This document shows positions 1 to 7,397 of a stretch of 64,000 nucleotides of DNA, piece after piece; position 1 is the stretch's first letter, and every line of letters begins with the position of its first letter. This DNA comes from an uncultured Opitutaceae bacterium (lineage in GTDB: Bacteria > Verrucomicrobiota > Verrucomicrobiia > Opitutales > Opitutaceae). Location: NCBI GenBank assembly GCA_937958045.1, contig CALFXL010000028.1, positions 19,992 through 83,991 of the forward strand, read 5' to 3'. The notes beneath the pieces were generated by a model. That model had not been told where the DNA came from. It ran no database searches and was given only the letters and a program-made list of their open reading frames with translations. The translations under genes and the position numbers were made by a program.

Positions 1-1
1 A

Positions 2-661
2 CGTCGTTTCAGTTCCAATCTCGCCCACGAACTCCGCACGCCGCTTGCCGAGCTTCGCTCGCAAGCGGAGCTCGCGCTCAAATGGCCCGAGGAACGCACG
101 GCCGAAAACGATCGCGCGGTGCTCGATATCGCCCTGCAAATGGAGGCGTTGGTTGGGCAGATGCTGGCATTGGCGCGTGCGGAGCAGGGCGGAATGATCG
201 CGGAAAAATCCGAAGTCGCGCTGGGTCCGTTGATCGCGTCGATTCTCGAAACACTCGCGCCGGCGGCCCATGTCCGAGGTATCAAAATTGTGGATGCGAT
301 ACCCGCCGATGCCGTCGTCGTCACGGGGGCGGTGGCGTTGCGTTCGATCCTGACCAACCTTTTGGAAAACGCCGTGAACTACGCGGACAGTGGCGGGGAG
401 ATTCGTGTGAACGTCGCTCTGGAGGCGAATCGTTTCCAGATCGCCATCAGCAATCCTGCGCGAGCGCTGCAACCCGCCGATGTTTCACGCATGTTCGAAC
501 GTTTCTGGCGCAAAGATAGCTCGCGCAGCGACGGTTCGCACGCGGGCTTGGGTCTCGCGTTGGCGCGCTCGCTCGCGGAGCAACTCGGGTATACGCTCGA
601 AGCGTCCCGCGCGGCCCCGGATCTTTTGGTGATGACCCTGTCCGGTCCGATCTCCGGATGA
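2..661 (+). CDS. Two-component sensor histidine kinase, C-terminal part (HisKA + HATPase); 5' end lies outside the window
   Basis: Frame +2 is open from base 2 and reads RRFSSNLAHELRTPL (H-box), then NLLENAVNY (N-box), FERFWRKD (F-box) and GLGLALAR (G2-box). Confidence 0.93.
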   Translation, partial: RRFSSNLAHELRTPLAELRSQAELALKWPEERTAENDRAVLDIALQMEALVGQMLALARAEQGGMIAEKSEVALGPLIASILETLAPAAHVRGIKIVDAIPADAVVVTGAVALRSILTNLLENAVNYADSGGEIRVNVALEANRFQIAISNPARALQPADVSRMFERFWRKDSSRSDGSHAGLGLALARSLAEQLGYTLEASRAAPDLLVMTLSGPISG

Positions 662-687
662 TGCGCGTATCCAAATTCTGACTACGC

Positions 688-3315
688 TCAGATCGACGCC
701 GAGAACGTGCAGTGGAAGGTGCGACCGAGCGGCGATCCTCCGCGGTAGCCGGACAAGGTGTCGGCGCGCGCAGGTTGTTCATCGAAGAGATTGCCGATGC
801 CGAAACCGATGCGGTACTGCGCGGCGCGCTTCGAGCGAAACGCTTGTTTGAGCCGCCAGCCGGCGTTGAGTGTGACGATCGTGCGTTCGGGCGTGTCTTC
901 GCCGCCGGGTCCCGCGTCGATGGCGGAGGTGTGATCGATACGCAGCGACGTCGACCACGCGCGATAACTCCAGCTTGTGGTGGCGCGAAATTCCCACTCA
1001 GGACGATCGGTTCGCGAACCGCCGTCGTGCACGAAGAGCACGCCCGGAGCGAGTTCGCGGCGATCCTCGAGAAGACGTTCGGCTGTCGTGGAAAAACGGA
1101 TACGACCGAAAGCGGTCGGCGGCGGTGCGTATTCGAGGTTGAGATCGAACGAGCGCGTTTCGCTGCGTCCGGAATTTCCAGGCGTGGTGTCGATCGAGAC
1201 GATCGCCCCAGGCCGGCCGAGTGCGATGTCTTCCGCCGTGGGCGCCGCGCGAACAATGCGGCTCGCGAAGGCCGCTTCGTTGTTCACGATATCTTGCGCG
1301 GAGAAACGGCGCTGGATGAGGTCTTCGCGTTCGCGAGAAAAATAGGTGCCGGAAAAGCGGAGGCCGCTCGCGAACGGTGGCTCAAGGGAAACGCCGAAGG
1401 ATTGGCGCGTGCTTTTTTCGCGTTCGAATTGAGCGAGATCGCGTACGATGATCTGCGTCTCCGTGGCGGTGTTGTCGCGTCGCGGATCGAGGATGGTTTC
1501 TTGCACGAGTGTCTCGCGACGATCGGAGACGTCGCGCGAGGGCATTGACGATTGCTCGGAGTGTCGCGCGCGGAAAAGCAGCGAACGCACGGGCGACCAA
1601 GTGAGCCCGATATCGTTGCCGCGGCCGTCGCTGCCGTCGTCCTGCGTCGAGTAGCGCGCGGACAAGCGGGCTTCGAGACGGTTGAGAAACGGAATCGCAT
1701 TTTTTCGCGACGTGAGGGGCAGATTGACCGATGCCGATGCATTGCGCGCGTGACTTTCGTACCGACTTTCCGGCGATTGTGCTCCGGGCGCGCCGCGCGA
1801 GATGCGCACACGTTCGTCCATCTGATAACCGCCACGCAATGCGAGTGTCACCGGACCAGCCCAAGTCTGCACGAGCGGACCGTTGGCGGAAAAATCGAAG
1901 CGCGTGTTGTCGCGTGTCGTATCGCTCGTGCGCGTGAATGCGAGAGATGGATAAAGATGAGTGTTAACCGGACCGGCAGCGGGATCGCCGAAGGGATTAA
2001 AACGTGTGGCCGGGTCGGAAGAACGCAGCGCTTCGGCCAGGCGATCGTGATCGAGATCGGTGGCGGTCTGCGCGGAATCGTCGCGGCGATACGCCATACC
2101 GCCCTGCCACGACCACGCGGAAATCTTTCCGTTGAAAGTGAGACCTGCTTGTGCGCGCTCGCTGCGCGAGGTCTGGCGCGTGGAACCGAACTCGGTGTGC
2201 ACGAAACCGACTTCGACGTCTTGGCCAAACGGATTGTACGCGGCAGGCACGAGTGTCTTCGACGACGCGGGGGAAACCGGAGGCGCGCCTATGCGATGCG
2301 ATTGGTTTTGAGAGAAAGAACCGCTGAGCGAGGCGCGCAGTTTGTGTCCAAAAATTGGATACGACGCGCTGAACGTGCTGCCGAGCTGGCGCGAGGGACT
2401 CATCAACTGGCGATAAGCCGCCGTATCGAAACGTCGCTGACCGGAAGCCTCGTTTCCCGCGGGAAGGAAGTCGCTCGCGGAGAGATTTTCGCCGGATTGT
2501 CCCTCGGGAACGAGCGCGACGGAAACAGGATTTCCCTCGACGTCGAAAAGACCGTTGAGCGAACCGCTTGCCGCGCGAATGACTGCGGGCGAACCCCAAG
2601 TCAGACGAAGATCGCTGCCGCCCCACACGGTGTGATCTTGATTGCTGGAGAAAGGCCGGTCAGTCGCGTCGAGTGCGTATCGCTTCGAGGCATTTATGCC
2701 GAAAAGCAGACGCAGCTTTCCGCGCACGACGGATGTGGAAAGACGCGTGCTGAGTTGTTCGCCTCCGCCGCCCGCAAAAGAACCGTCGAACTTCAGTCCG
2801 GCTTCGCCGCCTCGGTAATCTTTTTTCAAACGGATGTTGATGACACGTCCGGAGGATTGCGCGCCGTATTCGGGCATCGAACCTTCGCGGCTCACTTCGA
2901 CCTCCTCGATCATACCGAGCGGCAACGAAGACGGATCGATGTAAGCCGGTTCGCCATCGATCAACACGAGCACCTCCTCATCGCGACCGGCGCCGGGGAG
3001 TGTTTCGAAAAACTCGTTTAACGTGAACGAGCCGGTGTCCTCGATGTGCTGGCTATCGTAACGATCGCGTAGATCCGCGCCCTCGACATCGCTGCCAAAC
3101 AGACGATCGCCGCTGACCTTAAACGCCTCGAGCATCAGCGTCGGGGTTTCCGGGCCGACCAGATCGAGCGTTTGCGCGGATGCAAACGGGGTCGCGGCGA
3201 CAAGAAGACCGAGAATGGGACCGCCGATGCGGAAAAAGAAAGAGAAAGCTGGCGGAAGTGGGCGTAGCATGGAGCGAACACGGCTCGCCAATAAACGAGC
3301 GATGGACGTCAGCAT
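688..3315 (-). CDS. TonB-dependent outer-membrane receptor (start could be 3315 or the ATG near 3270)
   Basis: 875-aa ORF with signal-like N-terminus, plug motifs LVLIDG, IEEVEV and GRVINIRLK, barrel-type C-terminus (GIGNLFD...GRTF) ending in a hydrophobic residue. Confidence 0.85.
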   Translation of the reverse strand: MLTSIARLLASRVRSMLRPLPPAFSFFFRIGGPILGLLVAATPFASAQTLDLVGPETPTLMLEAFKVSGDRLFGSDVEGADLRDRYDSQHIEDTGSFTLNEFFETLPGAGRDEEVLVLIDGEPAYIDPSSLPLGMIEEVEVSREGSMPEYGAQSSGRVINIRLKKDYRGGEAGLKFDGSFAGGGGEQLSTRLSTSVVRGKLRLLFGINASKRYALDATDRPFSSNQDHTVWGGSDLRLTWGSPAVIRAASGSLNGLFDVEGNPVSVALVPEGQSGENLSASDFLPAGNEASGQRRFDTAAYRQLMSPSRQLGSTFSASYPIFGHKLRASLSGSFSQNQSHRIGAPPVSPASSKTLVPAAYNPFGQDVEVGFVHTEFGSTRQTSRSERAQAGLTFNGKISAWSWQGGMAYRRDDSAQTATDLDHDRLAEALRSSDPATRFNPFGDPAAGPVNTHLYPSLAFTRTSDTTRDNTRFDFSANGPLVQTWAGPVTLALRGGYQMDERVRISRGAPGAQSPESRYESHARNASASVNLPLTSRKNAIPFLNRLEARLSARYSTQDDGSDGRGNDIGLTWSPVRSLLFRARHSEQSSMPSRDVSDRRETLVQETILDPRRDNTATETQIIVRDLAQFEREKSTRQSFGVSLEPPFASGLRFSGTYFSREREDLIQRRFSAQDIVNNEAAFASRIVRAAPTAEDIALGRPGAIVSIDTTPGNSGRSETRSFDLNLEYAPPPTAFGRIRFSTTAERLLEDRRELAPGVLFVHDGGSRTDRPEWEFRATTSWSYRAWSTSLRIDHTSAIDAGPGGEDTPERTIVTLNAGWRLKQAFRSKRAAQYRIGFGIGNLFDEQPARADTLSGYRGGSPLGRTFHCTFSASI

Positions 3316-3404
3316 AAGCGGCCGGAGCTTATCGTAGGATTATGCTGCGAGGCGAGCGGACGGTTCGGAGAGTTTTCCGCTACTCGGTCGGGCCCCGATC
3401 GGGG

Positions 3405-3433
3405 GATGTGTATTGGGAAAACAAATACACATC
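3405..3433. promoter_or_regulatory. Perfect 10-bp inverted repeat, candidate operator upstream of the TonB receptor
   Basis: GATGTGTATT (3405-3414), 9-nt spacer, AATACACATC (3424-3433); AT-rich in a GC-rich background. Confidence 0.4.
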
Positions 3434-3540
3434 GAAACCGCTGCACCGCAGACGGGAGCGGGGACGCTGAAATGCCGGAGTGGTCTCACTGCATTTCGCC
3501 CGTATGTCGCTCGCGGAGCGTGGCAGAGGCAGATTTTCCC

Positions 3541-3581
3541 AAAAAAAGTTGGCCGGTCGCGTACCCCTACACGACCGGCCA
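3541..3581 (-). terminator. Intrinsic terminator
   Basis: On the minus strand a 14-bp stem (UGGCCGGUCGUGUA / UACGCGACCGGCCA, one G-U pair), GGGG loop, then ACUUUUUUU. Confidence 0.8.
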
Positions 3582-3605
3582 TTTGCTTTCTTAGTTACCC
3601 CAAAA

Positions 3606-3626
3606 TGTCAGCGCTAAGCGCTAACA
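3606..3626. promoter_or_regulatory. LacI-family-like operator palindrome
   Basis: TGTCAGCGC-TAA-GCGCTAACA resembles the TGTTAGCGCTAACA type of LacI-family site and sits just downstream of the predicted transcription start. Confidence 0.35.
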
Positions 3627-3634
3627 ACGGATGT

Positions 3635-3663
3635 ACTATCGGCACACCCTGGGGTTGGGTCAA
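3635..3663 (-). promoter_or_regulatory. Sigma70-like promoter
   Basis: Minus strand TTGACC (3663-3658), 17-nt spacer, GATAGT (3640-3635). Confidence 0.45.
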
Positions 3664-3794
3664 TCTCTCAGAAAATTCGTTAAGCGCGCTAATGTTCGCT
3701 GTAAGATAAACTGGTGTCCGCTTACGCGGAGACCCAAGCGGCTCCGCTGGAGCCTCTTGGGTCAGCGGCGCGAACCCGGTTTCCGCGCGAGACT

Positions 3795-4319
3795 TTACTT
3801 TTTCTTCGCGGCGGCCTTCTTGGCCGGGGGTTTGGCGGCTTTTTTGGCCGCGGGTTTTTTCTTCGCGGGCGCTTTTTTGGCGCCAGCGGACTTCGCGGTG
3901 CGTTTTTTCGGAGAAGCGGTTTTTTTCCGCGCGGTGGCCGGCGGGTTGAGCAATTCGGCGACGGGGATCTCGCGGGCGTCGCGCCAGAGATTTTCGAGCG
4001 CGTATTTTTTTCGGTTCTCCGGAGTGAACACGTGGATCATGATGTCGAACGCGTCGACAACCAGCCAGCCACTCTCGAGACCTTTTTCCATGCCGAGGAT
4101 CTTGGTGCCGGTGGCATCGATCACTTTTTCCAGTTCGACGCGGAGCGCGCGCAGGTGGGGTTCGGAGGTGCCGGTGGCGAGAATGAGGAAATCGGTGATG
4201 GAAGATTGCTCGGAAACATCGAGCACGCGGAGGTCGCCGGCCTTTTTTTCGTCGAGCGCCTTGCAGATCAAAGTCAGCAGCGGCGGGAGCGTGGCGGGCG
4301 AAGAGGAATCGGTATTCAT
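3795..4319 (-). CDS. rsfS: Ribosome silencing factor RsfS with a Lys/Ala/Pro-rich C-terminal tail
   Basis: ALDEKKAGDLRVLDV...TDFLILATG...WLVVDAFDIMIHVF...YALENLW; located downstream of nadD, the usual context. Confidence 0.95.
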   Translation of the reverse strand: MNTDSSSPATLPPLLTLICKALDEKKAGDLRVLDVSEQSSITDFLILATGTSEPHLRALRVELEKVIDATGTKILGMEKGLESGWLVVDAFDIMIHVFTPENRKKYALENLWRDAREIPVAELLNPPATARKKTASPKKRTAKSAGAKKAPAKKKPAAKKAAKPPAKKAAAKKK

Positions 4320-4328
4320 GCAGGAGAT

Positions 4329-4916
4329 TCAGCGATAAAGGCGCTTTTCGGTGATCTGGACAATCGTCTTGTGCGGAACGAAATAGTCGAGCGAGAGACC
4401 GCGTCGCACGCGCTGACGAAGTTCGGTGGAGCTGATTTCGACCAAATGGCCGTCGCAGCGATGAAGGCGGAGGCCGGGAATGGCGGGGGTGGCGCGCACG
4501 GGATGGCCCGGACGTTCGAGGAAGATGAACTCCACGAGACGCGCGAGTTCTTCGATGTCTTTCCAGCGTTCGAGCTTGGGCAATTGGTCGCCGCCGATGA
4601 TCCAGAAAAGTTGGTCGTCCGGAAACAGTTCACGGAAGTGGCGCGCGGAATCGATCGTGTAGCTGACGCCGCCTCGGCGTAGTTCGAAGTCGGAGATCTC
4701 GAAACGCTCGTCCCAATCGATGGCGGCGTGGAGCATGGCGAGGCGATCCTCGATGGAGCATTGGACGTCGTCCGGTTTCAGCGGGGCCTGGGCGGCGGGC
4801 ACAAAAAACAGGCGGTCGAGCTGGTGCTGTTCGTATGCATCCTGCGCGGCGATGAGGTGGCCGAAATGAACGGGGTCGAAACTGCCTCCGAAGAAACCGA
4901 TCTTCACAGCGCGCAC
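4329..4916 (-). CDS. nadD: Nicotinate-nucleotide adenylyltransferase (start GTG 4916 or 4907)
   Basis: GFFGGSFDPVHFGH (HxGH motif), SYTIDS, IIGGD, EISSTELR. Confidence 0.96.
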   Translation of the reverse strand: MRAVKIGFFGGSFDPVHFGHLIAAQDAYEQHQLDRLFFVPAAQAPLKPDDVQCSIEDRLAMLHAAIDWDERFEISDFELRRGGVSYTIDSARHFRELFPDDQLFWIIGGDQLPKLERWKDIEELARLVEFIFLERPGHPVRATPAIPGLRLHRCDGHLVEISSTELRQRVRRGLSLDYFVPHKTIVQITEKRLYR

Positions 4917-5028
4917 GTTGTGCGGAGGCGGGGCGCCCGCAAGGCCTGTTTTTTGGGGTGGCGTCGGCCGCAGATTCCGGCTGGCGTTTTGCGAGGCGGA
5001 CAGTCTGCTTGAGACAGCGCAGCCACAC

Positions 5029-5114
5029 GCCCGGGTGGTGGAATGGTAGACACCAGGGACTTAAAATCCCTTGCCTGTAAAGGCGTACCGGTTCGAGTCC
5101 GGTCCCGGGTACCA
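5029..5114 (+). tRNA. tRNA-Leu (anticodon TAA), CCA encoded
   Basis: GCCCGGG/CCCGGGT acceptor stem, D-loop GGAATGGTAGAC, AGGGA-CTTAAAA-TCCCT anticodon arm, long variable arm, GTTCGAGTC T-loop. Confidence 0.97.
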
Positions 5115-5226
5115 GGCTATCTGGCCTTAGTGCGCGGGGCCTGCCTCGCCATCGGTCTGCCAACACCGCGATGCCTCCGAACGAAAAGGCCTGGCTCTAG
5201 GTGGGGAGAGTTCGATTTGACGCGAA

Positions 5227-6789
5227 TCAGCTCACGCGTGTGACGGTGAGGTTTACGCTGCCGCGGTTGTTGCCATAAAAATGCCACGAGTCGTTGGCGA
5301 AGCCGTAGAGATAGCCGGCCTCGGTGGGTTTGATGAGCAATGGCTCTGTCGGACCGGCGCCGATGAAGAACGTCTGGTGCGGATAGGAGGAGCCGTCGGG
5401 ATTGGGATTGGTGCCGCGTTCAGGGCCGTCATTGGCGATGGCGCCCAGCAATGACAGCCAGGGATGATGCTCGCTGCGGCGCGTGCCGATAAGGTCGGCC
5501 TGCTCGTTTCCGGAGATCTTTTTGAACGCGCCCTCGAGTTTGCCGAAGAGCGAGCTGGCGACGTTGACGAGTTCGCCGAGCTTGAACTTGCCGTCGCGCG
5601 CGCCGCCGGGACCGCAAGGGACATTGCCATCGAGCCATTCACCGTCCGCTTGGAAAACATAACTGGCGCCTTCTTCGAGGAAGATACCGGTTTCGTTCCA
5701 ATGATTGCGCGCGTAGATCGGAATCGGCGCAGAACTCTCGCCGACTTTCAGGCGAACGCTCGGCTGATGATAAGGCGATTGGAAGACGGGCGGTTCTCGA
5801 TCGCGCTGCAGCGCCGAAGGATGGTACGGCTCGGATTCGACGAGGAGCGGACGATTGCGCGGGCGCGAGCGCAGAACTTTAAATCCGCCCTTGAGCGAAT
5901 CGTGGAGCAATCCCTGGAAGTCGGGACGTATTTGTTTTGTGAATACAGGGTTGAACGCGAGTCCCGCCTGACTGGCCTCCTCGATCATCCACTGCAACGC
6001 GATGTCGGAGAGCGCGCATTCGACATAACCGCCGCCGACATCGCTGTGCACGCCCGGGAACCAAATTTGGCGTACGCGCGCGTCGGGCCCGGAGTCGTTG
6101 AGGACGTGATCGTTTTCGTCGGTCCACAGTGTCGGCGTGAAGCTCGCGCGCATCTCGTCCATCGCGACGGCGTGGCGCGCGCGGATGATATGTTTGCCGA
6201 GAGTGGTGTCGTGGAAGGACCAGTTTTTCTCCTTATCGAGGAGATTGAGGATCGCGAAGTCGTCGGGTAAACCGAGCGAGCCGACAGTGTCCCACACGCC
6301 GAGAAACTCGATGGTGGGCGTGTTGAAAGCCCAGGCGGCGTCGCGCCATGTTTCGCTGCGTTTGCGATAGCCTTCGGCGTAGGCCTTTTCGACGCGGGCC
6401 CACGCTTCGCTCGGGCCGAGGCCATCGAGCGCGAGCAAACCGCAGCGGCCGATGAAACCGGCGAGGCTGCGCGCGGTGTAGGCGCCGCGACTGAAACCGA
6501 AAAGGAAGATCTGGTCGCCGTCCTGGTAGTTGCGCGCGAGCCAATGGTACGCGCTCATGATGTTTTTATCGAGGCCCAGGCCGACGGCTCCACCGAGCGC
6601 GCGTTGAAGCGGACCGCCATCGGTGCCGACGCCGGGATGATAATATTTCAGCTGTTCGGTGCCGTCCGTGGAGGTGGCGGCGACGCAATTGTGCAGACGG
6701 ACGACGTTGGTGAGGGAAGGCACGTCGTTGTCGTCTTTGTTGTCGGCGGTATTCCAAGTGCCGTCGCAGGAAACGATGAGTTTTTTCAT
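5227..6789 (-). CDS. DUF2235 (Tle1-like alpha/beta-hydrolase, putative phospholipase) with an extra C-terminal beta-sandwich domain
   Basis: KKLIVSCDGTWN, FGFSRGAYTARSLAG (GxSxG), LGVWDTV, WFPGVHSDVGGGY. ATG 6789 preferred over TTG 6804. Confidence 0.9.
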   Translation of the reverse strand: MKKLIVSCDGTWNTADNKDDNDVPSLTNVVRLHNCVAATSTDGTEQLKYYHPGVGTDGGPLQRALGGAVGLGLDKNIMSAYHWLARNYQDGDQIFLFGFSRGAYTARSLAGFIGRCGLLALDGLGPSEAWARVEKAYAEGYRKRSETWRDAAWAFNTPTIEFLGVWDTVGSLGLPDDFAILNLLDKEKNWSFHDTTLGKHIIRARHAVAMDEMRASFTPTLWTDENDHVLNDSGPDARVRQIWFPGVHSDVGGGYVECALSDIALQWMIEEASQAGLAFNPVFTKQIRPDFQGLLHDSLKGGFKVLRSRPRNRPLLVESEPYHPSALQRDREPPVFQSPYHQPSVRLKVGESSAPIPIYARNHWNETGIFLEEGASYVFQADGEWLDGNVPCGPGGARDGKFKLGELVNVASSLFGKLEGAFKKISGNEQADLIGTRRSEHHPWLSLLGAIANDGPERGTNPNPDGSSYPHQTFFIGAGPTEPLLIKPTEAGYLYGFANDSWHFYGNNRGSVNLTVTRVS

Positions 6790-7397
6790 AGGGGGTATGT
6801 TCAACCTCTGTCCCCGTGGGGTGGACGGATGTCAACCGGAGGGATCCCCGAAGAGTTCCGCGGAAACGGAACGGCTGTTTCGCAGAACTTCGGAAACCCT
6901 CCAGCCAGCAGGCCGCGCGCCGATCGTATCCAAAATTTTGCTACGCGTTCGTTACGCGATGCGGAGGGCATTGCTAAAGGGGGAATTTACCGCCGGCGAC
7001 GGCGGAAGAAGTTGGCGAATGTCTGTATCCAGCGAGACCCGCGCCTCCGGGCGGGAGGCGGATGCGGCGGAAAACTATCGTAGCGCTCGCGTAGTTGACG
7101 GAGAACGAGCGTGTAAAGCGATTGGAACTGCATGCGCCGAGCTTACCCGGACGAATGCGGACGGGGCAGATACAGCGGCGTTGATGATAACGCTCTACAC
7201 GCGCGTTTTTAACAAACTGATCCGTTTGCTGAAGCGAACGACTGTATAGGGACGCCTCGGTGAATATGAGCGAGTGACCTTACCGGCGAAGGCTTGTAGG
7301 TGGTCACAAAAAACTCTCTGCCGCGGAGTCGCGACAGAGAGTTATCGGAGAACTTCGCCAGCCCAGTTGGCGGGCGAGTTGACGAGACTAAGCTCGC

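Larger units (their letters stand above)
3541..3628 (-). ncRNA. Candidate small RNA (or attenuated leader of the TonB receptor gene)
   Basis: Lies between a sigma70-like promoter (3663-3635) and the terminator; has a 5' hairpin, an AU-rich single-stranded middle and G-U pairs that work only on the minus strand. Confidence 0.45.

Noticed and set aside
6659-7300. 196-aa plus-strand ORF or other gene in the gap between DUF2235 and the autotransporter
   Set aside because: It overlaps the DUF2235 start, shows no motif or coding-like composition, and no convincing ORF appears on either strand.
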